In this document: one piece after another, positions 52,636-62,863 of the stretch
How positions within the stretch are numbered: position 1 is the stretch's first letter
How the letters are laid out: every line of letters starts with the position of its first letter
DNA from: Alphaproteobacteria bacterium
Lineage (GTDB): Bacteria > Pseudomonadota > Alphaproteobacteria > RF32 > CAG-239
Assembly (NCBI GenBank): GCA_015062235.1
Contig: SUUZ01000003.1
Span: 94,736-158,735, forward strand
Direction of reading: 5' to 3'
DNA: 64,000 bases
Notes under the pieces: model-generated
Told to the model about the DNA's origin: nothing
The model's database searches: none
The model's input: only the letters and a program-made list of their open reading frames with translations
Position numbers and translations under genes: made by a program

Positions 52636-54309
52636 CTATTTCTCCTCTGCATCAACTAATTTATCTAAATACTCATTCTCATAGAAATTCAAAGTAGACA
52701 ATACTGGATTAGGAGCAGTCTGCCCAAGTCCGCAAAGCGACGCTTTTTTCATAGCCGAAGCAATTCTCTTCAGTTGTTCCAAATCAGCTTTTGTACCCTT
52801 ACCTTTATTAATCTTATCTAACAAATTGAGCATTTGTTTTCCGCCGATTCTACAAGGAGAACATTTACCACAAGATTCATCAACAGTAAAATCTAAATAG
52901 AACTTGGCTAAAGATACCATATCAGATGAATCATCAATAACTATCATACCGCCAGATCCCATAATTGAGCCAACTTTTTTTAGTTCTTCATAACATACTG
53001 GCATATCCATATAATCTTTAGGAATAACTCCTCCTGATGGTCCTCCTGTTTGCACAGCTTTTAATTTTTTACCATTAGAAACACCACCACCGATTTCATT
53101 AACGATTTCGTTAATTGTAGTACCCATCGGAACCTCAATCAAACCGGAGTGTTCAACCTGACCGGTCAAAGCAAAAACTTTGGTACCTTTAGATGTTTCT
53201 GTACCGAAAGATGCAAACCAATCAGCACCTTTAAGCAAAATTTTTGACACATTTGCCAAAGTTTCAACATTGTTAACACAAGAGGGCTTATCCCACAAAC
53301 CTTTGTTTGTCGGATAAGGAGGTCTTGGTCTCGGAGTACCTCTGGCGCCTTCAATTGAGTGAATCAAAGCAGTTTCTTCACCGCAAACAAACGCACCGGC
53401 ACCAAGTCTGATATCAATATTAAAGCAGAAATCCGTTCCCATAATATTGTTACCGAGTAAGCGATTCTTTTTACAAGCTTTAATAGCTTTTTCCAATCTT
53501 TCGACAGCCAAAGGATATTCGGCACGAACATAGAACCATCCTTCTGTTGCTCCGATTGCATAAGCAGCAATCATCATACCTTCAATAACGGCGTGCGGAT
53601 CGCCTTCCAAGATTGAACGATCCATATAAGCACCGGGATCACCTTCGTCGCCGTTACAAATTATGAATTTTTCATCCACTGTTGGAACTTTAGCTGCCAA
53701 CTCCCATTTCATACCAGTAGAAAAACCACCACCGCCACGACCTCGCAAGCCTGACTTTTTAATTTCATCAACAACTTCGGCTGGCGTCATATTTTTCAAA
53801 GCTTTTTCCAAAGCTAAATAACCACCTCGAGCCATATATTCCTGAATATCTTCTGGATCCATATGTCCAGCATTTTTTAATACAACTTTCTCTTGCTTAG
53901 TAAAAAATGGCAAATCTAAAGACAAAACATATTTTTTAAGCTCTTCAGGAACACCATTAACTCCTTTAGTATTCAGTGCTGGCTCAACATATTTTTCCAT
54001 TATATCTTTAACAGCTTTTAAATCTAAACGCTTAAATAAAACATCTTTTTTACCTTTAATTTCTACTCTAATCAATGGTCCTTGAGCACAAAGCCCCATA
54101 CAGCCTGTAGCAACAACTCTGACTTTATCTTCAATCTGTTTTTCCACAATAAAGTTTTTTATCAAATCTAAAATGTCATCGCTACCTGAAGACTTACATC
54201 CTGTAGAATGGCAACAATATATACTACATTCAAATCTTTCTATTTCAGCCAGTTTATTTTTTGCCTGTTCATGAATATCAAATCTTTTATCTAAATCCAT
54301 ATCGACCAT
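52636..54309 (-). CDS. hydB: NuoF-like NAD(P)H-binding flavoprotein subunit of the hydrogenase (HydB/HndC-like)
   Basis: N-terminal thioredoxin-like [2Fe-2S] domain (CCHSTGC…C…C). Core carries 'SGLRGRGGGGFSTGMKWE', 'FICNGDEGDPGAYMDRSILEGDPH' (FMN/NADH sites) and 'ESCGKCSPCRIGG' (4Fe-4S). GAGGAG ribosome-binding site before ATG at 54309. Confidence 0.88.
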   Translation of the reverse strand: MVDMDLDKRFDIHEQAKNKLAEIERFECSIYCCHSTGCKSSGSDDILDLIKNFIVEKQIEDKVRVVATGCMGLCAQGPLIRVEIKGKKDVLFKRLDLKAVKDIMEKYVEPALNTKGVNGVPEELKKYVLSLDLPFFTKQEKVVLKNAGHMDPEDIQEYMARGGYLALEKALKNMTPAEVVDEIKKSGLRGRGGGGFSTGMKWELAAKVPTVDEKFIICNGDEGDPGAYMDRSILEGDPHAVIEGMMIAAYAIGATEGWFYVRAEYPLAVERLEKAIKACKKNRLLGNNIMGTDFCFNIDIRLGAGAFVCGEETALIHSIEGARGTPRPRPPYPTNKGLWDKPSCVNNVETLANVSKILLKGADWFASFGTETSKGTKVFALTGQVEHSGLIEVPMGTTINEIVNEIGGGVSNGKKLKAVQTGGPSGGVIPKDYMDMPVCYEELKKVGSIMGSGGMIVIDDSSDMVSLAKFYLDFTVDESCGKCSPCRIGGKQMLNLLDKINKGKGTKADLEQLKRIASAMKKASLCGLGQTAPNPVLSTLNFYENEYLDKLVDAEEK

Positions 54310-54310
54310 A

Positions 54311-54784
54311 TTAGTTCTCCTCAAAAGCTTTACGCCATTCATTCAAAATAACAGGAACATCATCTGGTGTAACACGTCCATATGTTTTACCATTTACTAC
54401 ACACACTGGAGCCAAACCACAACAACCAACACAACGAACACTCTGTAAATGAAACATTTTATCAGCAGTGCTTTCCCCTTCATTAACACCTAATTCTTCT
54501 TTAAATTTTTCCAAAACTTTATCATTACCTTTAAGATAGCAAGCAGTACCTGTACAAACAGAAATAACTGCTTTACCAGGAGCTTCTAATTTGAAAAAAT
54601 TGTAAAAAGTCAAAACCTCATAGATTCTAGCCAGAGGTATTCCCATACCTTGAGCCACATCAACAGCATCTTGCCAATCAATATATCCCTTAACCCCTTG
54701 AATTTCATGCAAAGCCATAATCAAAGAACCACGTTTTTTACGCCATTTATTAGCAACTTGCGTGGCCTGAGAAACATCAACCAT
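54311..54784 (-). CDS. hydC: NuoE-like [2Fe-2S] thioredoxin-fold subunit of the hydrogenase (HydC/HndA-like)
   Basis: 'VCTGTACYLKG…CVGCCGLAPV' four-Cys NuoE/24-kDa motif. The stop abuts the hydB start. Confidence 0.85.
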   Translation of the reverse strand: MVDVSQATQVANKWRKKRGSLIMALHEIQGVKGYIDWQDAVDVAQGMGIPLARIYEVLTFYNFFKLEAPGKAVISVCTGTACYLKGNDKVLEKFKEELGVNEGESTADKMFHLQSVRCVGCCGLAPVCVVNGKTYGRVTPDDVPVILNEWRKAFEEN

Positions 54785-54955
54785 ACTTTATCTCCTTGTT
54801 ATAGTCTGTTCACTGTTTGAAAGGGTAAAGCAAAAAAATATCAACTGCAAGCAGATTCGATGAAACCCCCAAAAATTTATTTTGACAATCCACAAAAAAT
54901 CGGCCATTTAATAAATAAGTTTAAATATAAAACAAAATGGTTATAATCCTTTGCT

Positions 54956-56086
54956 ATGAAAAAGTTAAACCTATATATTGCCAAACAAATCATCATTGGT
55001 TTTCTTTTGGTAAGTCTTTCTTTAATGTCAATCATTTGGTTGTCACAATCTCTTCGATTCCTTGATATGATATCTTCTGACGGGATTACCATCGGTGTTT
55101 TTATTGAGATGACATCTCTCTTAATGCCTCGTATTTATACAATTCTTGCACCTATATCTCTTTTTGCTGCAATACTTTTTGTTTACAATCGTATGCTAGC
55201 AGATCAAGAGTTGGTGGTGATGAAATCGGCAGGCATAAGCCCTCTGCAACTAGCTAAGCCAGCATTTTGGAGTGGTTTTTTTCTCCTTTTTTTCAATGTT
55301 TGGGTAATGAATGTTGGAATACCAAAGGCAGAAAATACTTTCAATGATTTAGAATGGAAAGTAAAAAATAACATATCACACCTTATGTTCCGTGAAGGAG
55401 AATTTACAAACATTCAAAAACAAAAACAGCTTACAATTTTTATCGCAAAACATGAAGATGATGGCAGCGTAAGCGGGATAATGATTAATGATGAACGAAA
55501 TCCTATTCGTCACTCAACAACTACAGCTGAAAAAGGTATTATAATTCAAACCGCAACAGGTCCTCGTATTGTCCTTATAAACGGCACCAGACAAGAAATA
55601 AACCGAAAAAATGGTCAATTTTCTTCTGTTAGCTTTGAAAGATATTCTGTTGATTTTGGATTAAAAGGTACTAGAGCTCGTCGTAAAGACAGTGTACGGG
55701 TTAGATCTTTCCATGATTTAATCGATTCTTTAAATGATGCTTCACTATCAAAAGCCGAACAACGCAAATGGTTTGTAGAAGGCAATAAACGCATAACTAC
55801 ACCATTACTTGCTTTAGTTTATTCTCTAATTGCTTGTACGGGATTACTTATAAGCAATTTTAACAGACGAGGACAAAGTAAAACTTTATTTATATCGCTG
55901 GGCAGTGTTGTTTTAATCCAAGCCATCGACTTGATAACAGGAAATTTAGCTGCAAAAAATTTGTATTGGCTAAGTATTATGTATGCTAATATAATACTTC
56001 CTCTAACAATTTGCTTTATACTTTTAAAAAAAACTACTATATTGCAATCATTTAAAAAGCATAAAAAAGAGAGGGTTTATGCTTAA
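54956..56086 (+). CDS. lptF: LptF/LptG-family LPS export permease
   Basis: YjgP/YjgQ family, immediately upstream of and overlapping lptD. Confidence 0.75.
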   Translation: MKKLNLYIAKQIIIGFLLVSLSLMSIIWLSQSLRFLDMISSDGITIGVFIEMTSLLMPRIYTILAPISLFAAILFVYNRMLADQELVVMKSAGISPLQLAKPAFWSGFFLLFFNVWVMNVGIPKAENTFNDLEWKVKNNISHLMFREGEFTNIQKQKQLTIFIAKHEDDGSVSGIMINDERNPIRHSTTTAEKGIIIQTATGPRIVLINGTRQEINRKNGQFSSVSFERYSVDFGLKGTRARRKDSVRVRSFHDLIDSLNDASLSKAEQRKWFVEGNKRITTPLLALVYSLIACTGLLISNFNRRGQSKTLFISLGSVVLIQAIDLITGNLAAKNLYWLSIMYANIILPLTICFILLKKTTILQSFKKHKKERVYA

Positions 56087-58328
56087 AAAATTACTTTTAA
56101 TCAGTCTTTGCACACTAACATTTTCAGCAAACGCTCTAGCTTCTGAAAATGATAGTCTTGTAGTTTTAAATACCAATAAAACCATAGAAAAAACAAAATC
56201 CAAGCCTCTCACAAAAATAGAGCCTAAATATAATATTACCAACGTACTTAATACTCAAGATTCTGTGGCAAATGAAACAGAAATATATTTTAGCGCAGAT
56301 GAACTTTCCAATGATTCTAATTCTAATAAAGTAATAGCTATTGGAAATGTTGAAATTATACGCCAAGATTTAACTCTTCGCGCAGACAAAGTTACTTATG
56401 ATCAAAAAACAGACCACATTCAAGCGGAAGGAAATATTGTACTTCTAGAAAAAAATGGCAATGTTGTTTTTGCCGACACATTAAATCTTAAAGAACGCAT
56501 GCAAGAAGCTGATGTTAACAATATTAAGGTTATACTTCTTGATAAAACCAGATTAGCTGCAACATCTTTCCACAAAAAACCCGATGAGAGTAAGGTGTTA
56601 CGGAATGCAATATACACTCCTTGTGATAGCTGTCAAAACAAATCCCCCCTTTGGCAAATGAAAGCTCGTAAAGTAATACACGACCCTATTGGTCAAAATG
56701 TTGAATACCAAAGTGCTTTCTTAGAAATAAAAGAAATCCCTGTTTTTTATACGCCTTATTTCTCACACCCTGACCCATCTGTAAAACATCGTTCTGGATT
56801 TCTTTTTCCTCACTTTATGAGTAACAATTATTTAGGCGCGGCAATCCAACCTCAATATTTCTGGGATATATCTCCTCAAGAAAACATTCTATTTAATCCC
56901 TTTATATCATCAGATAAAGGGGTTGTATATTCAGCTATCTACAACAAATATTTTTATCGAGGAGAATTAAGTGCTTCTGGAACCTTTTTACAAGATGAAG
57001 ATGATAATAACAAAAAAGAAAACCGCGGAAACCTTTTTCTTTATGGACGTTATGAATTAAATGATTACTGGGTTGCAGATACCGATATAAATTATGCTTC
57101 AGATGACAATTATTTAAAGGATTTATCCCTTCCTCGTAAAGATGATTCTTGGCTTACATCTCGCATAAGAATGCAAGCTTTTGACAATCGAAATTATGCT
57201 TCTATTGAGGGTTATTACTACGACATGCTTAGTTATAACCTAAAAAATAATAACACACCATATGTCCTTCCATTAATGAGTTATGAAAACATTTCATCAC
57301 CAAATAGATATGGAGCTTATACAAAAACTATTTTTAACACTGCCTCAGTATATCATGAAGAAGACGATTCATCTCACCGAGCTACTATGATCAATTCGTG
57401 GAATCTACCCTACACAAGTCCTTATGGAGAAAAATACCGTTTAGTAGCATCTGTTAAATCAGATTTGTACTATATTGATCAATATCTCAACAACAACGAA
57501 GAATACACAGGAACAACAGGACGTATATTCCCCCAATTAGGCTTAGAATGGCGATTACCTTTTATCAAAAGCACACCTAAATCATCGCAAATATTAGAAC
57601 CGATTATTGTAGCAGCCATTGCTCCAGACCAAGATAACAAGCCAGATAAAATACCAAATGAAGATAGTCAAGACACCAACGTTACAGACACTAACATTTT
57701 TGACCTTGATCGTTATTCTGGATACGACCGCAACGATGTTGGTAGTCGCATTAGTTACGGATTAAACTGGAGTTTTTATGATAAATATTGGGGGCGTTCT
57801 GCTTTGCTTTTAGCTCAAACATATGAATTTGATAAAGAAGAAAATCTTCTTAATCAATCCAACAAACAAAGCCATTTTTCTGATTATGTTGGTAGAATTT
57901 ATGCTAAACCAAATGAATATTTTTCTATGAACTATCGTTTTAAATTGGATAAAGATGATTATAGTATAAATTATAGCGAGTTGACAGCCTCCATAAAAAA
58001 TGATGCTTTATGGTTATCAACTTCATACATTTTCTTCCCTGAAGCATCTGAGGTCGCAGCTTATGACGAATATCGTCGTAAAGAAATTTATACCTCTGTT
58101 GGTGCAAAAGTTACTCGCAACTGGAGCGTAGATTTGTATACCCGTCAAGATTTGGAAAATAACGAGCCTATATCACGAGGTGGACGTCTTATCTATGAGG
58201 ATGAGTGTTCTCGATTCTCGTTCAGAGCTGAAAAAGAATATTCGGATGATCCAGAAGACGAAAACACAGGCCTATCATTTTACTTCTCATTCTTCCTTAA
58301 AACACTTGGTGGATTGGGTGAAAACTAA
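56079..58328 (+). CDS. lptD: LPS assembly outer-membrane protein LptD (OstA)
   Basis: Signal peptide, N-terminal OstA domain and a large beta-barrel. The lptD-surA-rsmA context is conserved. Confidence 0.85.
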   Translation: MLKKLLLISLCTLTFSANALASENDSLVVLNTNKTIEKTKSKPLTKIEPKYNITNVLNTQDSVANETEIYFSADELSNDSNSNKVIAIGNVEIIRQDLTLRADKVTYDQKTDHIQAEGNIVLLEKNGNVVFADTLNLKERMQEADVNNIKVILLDKTRLAATSFHKKPDESKVLRNAIYTPCDSCQNKSPLWQMKARKVIHDPIGQNVEYQSAFLEIKEIPVFYTPYFSHPDPSVKHRSGFLFPHFMSNNYLGAAIQPQYFWDISPQENILFNPFISSDKGVVYSAIYNKYFYRGELSASGTFLQDEDDNNKKENRGNLFLYGRYELNDYWVADTDINYASDDNYLKDLSLPRKDDSWLTSRIRMQAFDNRNYASIEGYYYDMLSYNLKNNNTPYVLPLMSYENISSPNRYGAYTKTIFNTASVYHEEDDSSHRATMINSWNLPYTSPYGEKYRLVASVKSDLYYIDQYLNNNEEYTGTTGRIFPQLGLEWRLPFIKSTPKSSQILEPIIVAAIAPDQDNKPDKIPNEDSQDTNVTDTNIFDLDRYSGYDRNDVGSRISYGLNWSFYDKYWGRSALLLAQTYEFDKEENLLNQSNKQSHFSDYVGRIYAKPNEYFSMNYRFKLDKDDYSINYSELTASIKNDALWLSTSYIFFPEASEVAAYDEYRRKEIYTSVGAKVTRNWSVDLYTRQDLENNEPISRGGRLIYEDECSRFSFRAEKEYSDDPEDENTGLSFYFSFFLKTLGGLGEN

Positions 58329-58346
58329 AATAAAGGAGTCAACTAT

Positions 58347-59249
58347 ATGAAAAAAACTATTTTAGGATTTTTTATTGCTTTAGGATTAATAAACACATCT
58401 TTTGCAGAAACTTTTAAAATTGCAGCATTAATAAACGGCGATATCATATCTACAGAAGATATTAACGATCAAATCAATATATTTATGCTAAATTCTCCTA
58501 TTCCCTACAACGAAGAAACAAAAGGGATGATAGAACGCAGAGTAATTGCTCAAACTATTGAAATGCGTATTAAAAACCAAGCTGCTGAAAAAGAAGGAAT
58601 ATCTATCAGTAACGATGAAATTGAAGTTCAATTAAAAAACTGGGCAAAAAAGAACAACATAAATCTTTCAACATTATCAAGTAAAGGTATTTCCCGCAAA
58701 GCTATCTCAAACAACTTAAAATCTGAACTGGCTTGGGTAAAATTAATTCGCAAAAAATATTATCAGACAGCAAATCTTACTCAAAAAGAAATTGATGAAA
58801 CCATCGCAGATGTAACCAAAGATATGGGAATAAAGAAATACCAAGTATTAGAAATATTTATAAAAAAAGAAAATGCTGATGATATAGAAACACTTGTTGC
58901 CAAACTAAGAGAGGATCCTAGATTTGAATTATATGCAGCTAGATTTTCTGACGCTCCATCTGCAGCAAACGGAGGCAACTTAGGTTGGATAAACTCTGGT
59001 AAAATGATGTCAGCCCTAGAAATGAGATTATCATCAATGAAACCTGGAGAAATTAGCGATGCCACACTCATCGGCGATGGCTATTATATACTAAAACTTA
59101 TTGATGTATTCGATCCAAAGAAAAACCCCAACTTTACTCCAAATCAAAAAGAAATAAAAAGCTTGCTTGAAAATCAAAAAATGGAAGCAATATCCAAAAA
59201 ACTTCTTCAAGATTTAAAGCAAAAAGCAATTATTGAGGTTAAAGCATAA
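58347..59249 (+). CDS. surA: SurA-like periplasmic chaperone with one parvulin (PpiC) PPIase domain
   Basis: Signal peptide, SurA N-terminal domain, and 'FSDAPSAANGGNLGWINSGKMMSALE' (parvulin). Confidence 0.78.
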   Translation: MKKTILGFFIALGLINTSFAETFKIAALINGDIISTEDINDQINIFMLNSPIPYNEETKGMIERRVIAQTIEMRIKNQAAEKEGISISNDEIEVQLKNWAKKNNINLSTLSSKGISRKAISNNLKSELAWVKLIRKKYYQTANLTQKEIDETIADVTKDMGIKKYQVLEIFIKKENADDIETLVAKLREDPRFELYAARFSDAPSAANGGNLGWINSGKMMSALEMRLSSMKPGEISDATLIGDGYYILKLIDVFDPKKNPNFTPNQKEIKSLLENQKMEAISKKLLQDLKQKAIIEVKA

Positions 59250-59251
59250 AA

Positions 59252-60109
59252 ATGGATTTAAAAGCTGCAATAGATTCTTTACCATCTCTGAAAACGACAG
59301 TAGATGCTTATAATCTTATGGCAAAAAAAAGCCTAGGACAAAATTTTTTACTAGACAGAAACATTACAGATAAAATCATACAAAGTAGTCTAAAAAAACA
59401 AGGATTAACATCTTTTAACGGATCTCACATTTTTGAAGTAGGACCTGGACCAGGAGGATTAACAAGACCTATTTTACGTTCAAATCCAAGCAAACTAACT
59501 GTAATAGAGCTAGACGAGCGTTGCATAAAAATCATGCAAGATATTCAATCAAAAACTGGCGAAATACTAGAGATAGTAAACCATGACGCTCTTTTATATA
59601 ATTTTAGTTTTGATGAAAATTTACCCAAGCATATTATATCTAACTTACCATATAATATTTCCGTTCCACTACTAACAAAGTGGCTACAAGATATAAGTAA
59701 GTATAGATCTTTGACATTAATGTTTCAAAAAGAAGTTGCTGATCGTATTACTGCTCCAATCAAAACAAAAAACTATGGACGTATATCAATATTGTCTCAA
59801 CTCCAATGCAAGATAACAAAATTACTAGACTTAAACCCAGAGTGTTTCACTCCTGCACCAAAAATATGGTCTAGTGTTTTATTGTTTCAACCATCTGAAA
59901 CACCTCTAAATATAAACGAAATTTCAAATTTGGAAAAATTAACATCCCAAACATTTTCTATGCGCCGAAAAATGATACGTCAAAGCTTAAAATCGGTAAA
60001 GAATCTTGATTCTATTTGTGAAGAAATCGGACTATTACCAACAATGCGCCCAGAAGAAATCTCACCATCACAATTTTTAACTTTAAGTAAAAAAATAGCA
60101 GCTTATTAA
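59252..60109 (+). CDS. rsmA: 16S rRNA (adenine1518/1519-N6)-dimethyltransferase RsmA/KsgA
   Basis: 'KSLGQNFLLD' motif I and 'FEVGPGPGGLT' SAM-binding motif. Confidence 0.92.
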   Translation: MDLKAAIDSLPSLKTTVDAYNLMAKKSLGQNFLLDRNITDKIIQSSLKKQGLTSFNGSHIFEVGPGPGGLTRPILRSNPSKLTVIELDERCIKIMQDIQSKTGEILEIVNHDALLYNFSFDENLPKHIISNLPYNISVPLLTKWLQDISKYRSLTLMFQKEVADRITAPIKTKNYGRISILSQLQCKITKLLDLNPECFTPAPKIWSSVLLFQPSETPLNINEISNLEKLTSQTFSMRRKMIRQSLKSVKNLDSICEEIGLLPTMRPEEISPSQFLTLSKKIAAY

Positions 60110-60120
60110 GCTGCTATTTT

Positions 60121-61092
60121 TCAGCAATCAAACTCTCGCTTTAACGATCTTTCAAACAATCCAGCAATAATATTCTTTATATCTCCTTTTTCATAAATAG
60201 CCTGATATAAAGCCTGACTTATAGGCATTTCGATTCCATACTTATCAGAAACAGCTTTAACAGCCTTTAATGTAGGAACACCTTCGGCCAATTTTCCAAA
60301 ATCTTCCCCTCGAGCAAACCTTTCACCGAACATACGATTATGACTATTTTTAGAAAACAACGTAGCTTCATAGTCACCCAAATGAGATAATCCATATGCC
60401 GTCATAGGATTTCCACCATAATGTTTTATTAAACGCCCCACTTCTATAGGAGCTCTAGCCATCAAGGCGCCTTTAAGACCATACCATTCCAAACCATCTA
60501 AAATACCTGCAGCAACACCTATAACATTTTTCATTGCCGCTCCTATTTGATTACCAATCAAATCATTACCATAATATAAACGAATAAGAGAACTTTGCAT
60601 AATATTTATTACTGTCTCTTTGGTTTGTTCTTCATCACTATCAACCACTGCAGCTGAAGGAACACCTTTCATATAATCTTGCACATGTCCTGGTCCCCCA
60701 AGTGTTGCGACATGAATATCTTGTTTGATTTCTGAGCGCATAATTTCAAGCATTCTTTCACCACTCGGTTCTTCTAATCCCTTCATTGCTAACAAAAAAG
60801 TCTTACCCTTCAAATCGTAAACCCTTAATTCCCTACAGAGTCCTCTAAAATACTGACACCCTATAGAAATAATAATAAAATCATTATCCAAGACCTTATC
60901 CAAGCTATCAAATAAAAACATATTATCACTTAAAGAAAGATATGAATTTTTTCTAGTATTTTTTAGCTCAATAAAATTAGGAGAGGTTGGAATATCATAC
61001 ATATAAACTTCTGATGCTTTTCCATAATTTGCAGCATACCACCCTAAAAAAGTTCCCCAACGTCCGCAACCTATCAAAGATATTTTAGTCAT
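60121..61092 (-). CDS. gpsA: NAD(P)H-dependent glycerol-3-phosphate dehydrogenase (divergent)
   Basis: 'ISLIGCGRWGT' Rossmann motif and a 'LGGPGHVQD' region aligning with the GpsA 'GPSFA(K)E' motif. ATG at 61092. Confidence 0.65.
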   Translation of the reverse strand: MTKISLIGCGRWGTFLGWYAANYGKASEVYMYDIPTSPNFIELKNTRKNSYLSLSDNMFLFDSLDKVLDNDFIIISIGCQYFRGLCRELRVYDLKGKTFLLAMKGLEEPSGERMLEIMRSEIKQDIHVATLGGPGHVQDYMKGVPSAAVVDSDEEQTKETVINIMQSSLIRLYYGNDLIGNQIGAAMKNVIGVAAGILDGLEWYGLKGALMARAPIEVGRLIKHYGGNPMTAYGLSHLGDYEATLFSKNSHNRMFGERFARGEDFGKLAEGVPTLKAVKAVSDKYGIEMPISQALYQAIYEKGDIKNIIAGLFERSLKREFDC

Positions 61093-61194
61093 TCGAAATA
61101 ACCTTAAAAAATTAAACACAAAAACCCTACCAAAAATCTACTTCATAAAAAGACTTTTGGCAACCACGATATATCGCATTATAAACAACTACAA

Positions 61195-61632
61195 TTAAAG
61201 AAAACCTTTTTTTGTTCTCTGACGAGTAACAATAGCAGAAATATGATCAAACTGTTCAAAAGAGTGATAAGCATAATCAAAGCTTTTCTTGTCGCAATCA
61301 TAAAAAACTTGATTAGCTAATGTTTGTATGGCCGTATCAATACGACGAAAAGCATCATTATAATCGGAACTATAATTATTTTTTGCCTTTTTCTTAACTA
61401 TTGCGTGATATGCAGAAATAACCTTTGCAGTCTCATCAGCAGAATTAGCGTACCCCTTCTCCTCGAAATCACGCATAATCCGAGCTGTTGTCTGATAAAA
61501 GCACTTATTAGTCAAAATGCTTTTTTGCTTTTTATTGTTACTATCAATTATCATTTTGCAAAGTAATCCATAGTTTTGTAAGGTTTCTACTAACATACAA
61601 TAATAAAAAAAGCAAGATTTTTTACTCATCAT
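61195..61632 (-). CDS. Hypothetical protein (145 aa)
   Basis: Open frame between gpsA and the tRNA gene; no recognisable domain. The start is uncertain. Confidence 0.35.
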   Translation of the reverse strand: MMSKKSCFFYYCMLVETLQNYGLLCKMIIDSNNKKQKSILTNKCFYQTTARIMRDFEEKGYANSADETAKVISAYHAIVKKKAKNNYSSDYNDAFRRIDTAIQTLANQVFYDCDKKSFDYAYHSFEQFDHISAIVTRQRTKKGFL

Positions 61633-61768
61633 CTATGTACTTTATACTATAATATTTAATTTAACGAAAAGTTAATTACAAGATATCAGCAAAAAAATGA
61701 TTTTATTCATAAAAAAACAAAAATAATTATTGCGTATTTAATCATAAATGATTAAGTTACCTCACAAA

Positions 61769-61859
61769 GGACAGGTGGCCGAGTGGTCGAAGGCGCACGA
61801 TTGGAAATCGTGTATACCTCCAAAGGGTATCCAGGGTTCGAATCCCTGTCTGTCCGCCA
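61769..61859 (+). tRNA. tRNA-Ser (anticodon GGA)
   Basis: GGACAGGTGGCCGAGTGGTCGAAGGCG… cloverleaf with a long variable arm. The anticodon loop TTGGAAA gives anticodon GGA. T-arm GGTTCGAATCC; 3' CCA is encoded. Confidence 0.9.
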
Positions 61860-62022
61860 ATTTACCTTTTAATCCTCTGATTTTGCAGGTTATTTTTTAA
61901 TCACAAAAAGCACTAATGATACAGTAGTAACAAGAAAACATCTAAGACTTCTTCGTAGAAAATACTCCTTTTACTCAAGAAGTAGAATTTAACAGTGGGA
62001 AGATTTATTACTTCCTTTTGTT

Positions 62023-62781
62023 TTATTCTTTTACAATATCATCACCAATACTACCCCAACCACTATTATGAGAGGCATTAGGAACAATAATTATAGGAGC
62101 ATTATTTTTTATAAACTGCTGAACTAAATGTGGTGGAATTATATCATCATCTTCACCAACATAGTGTATTTGAGGGATTTTTATAAAATTATCATAATAA
62201 TCTATAAGGTTTAGAGATTCATTTAATGGTGATATATTATGATATTCAATCCAGTTTTGATGATCTAAATTTCCAGCAATAGTAATGATTTTTTTAACAT
62301 TTAATCCTTGTTTGGCAGCTGATATTAAACCTGCAACTTGTGCTCCACCAGAGAATCCAATTAAAACAACATCATTGTTGCCAACAATTTCTTTAATTGC
62401 TTGATACTGGGCATTTATAACTTCTGGGGCAAATCTTGCTGTTGTCCAATGTCTTTGAGAACAAATAGGAGATTTTATATATTGGCAGGGTCTTGCCAAA
62501 TATATAACATTAGCATTTTGGTCACTAAATGCTATTTTTTGCATCATTTTGCTTCTTGGGGTTGGGTCTTTGGTTGGTCTGCCATATTTATTATAGGCAT
62601 ATCCATCACCTTCAACATAAACCTTATATTTTGCTTTTGGATTGGTAATTTTTTGCCAACTTGCTAAATTAAATGTATCTGTTTTTATTTCTTTATATAC
62701 AAATTCAGATGGAATGCTTATTGATGAACAACCACTTATCAATAATAAAATAGCAAATATTTTTAATACACTTATTTTCAT
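62023..62781 (-). CDS. Lipoprotein with an alpha/beta-hydrolase-like serine motif
   Basis: Lipobox 'LLISGC'. 'VLIGFSGGAQVAG' is a GxSxG nucleophile elbow. ATG at 62781. Confidence 0.55.
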   Translation of the reverse strand: MKISVLKIFAILLLISGCSSISIPSEFVYKEIKTDTFNLASWQKITNPKAKYKVYVEGDGYAYNKYGRPTKDPTPRSKMMQKIAFSDQNANVIYLARPCQYIKSPICSQRHWTTARFAPEVINAQYQAIKEIVGNNDVVLIGFSGGAQVAGLISAAKQGLNVKKIITIAGNLDHQNWIEYHNISPLNESLNLIDYYDNFIKIPQIHYVGEDDDIIPPHLVQQFIKNNAPIIIVPNASHNSGWGSIGDDIVKE

Positions 62782-62863
62782 AACTCTATAATACATTAAA
62801 TTTATAAAAAGCAAATACCCTGCAACCAATCAGTCACAGGGTATTCACTTATATAATTAAATA

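Noticed and set aside
54785-54955. Possible FNR/CRP-type box upstream of the hydrogenase operon
   Set aside because: Only a loose TTGAA…ATCAA pair with the wrong spacing was found, with no convincing palindrome.
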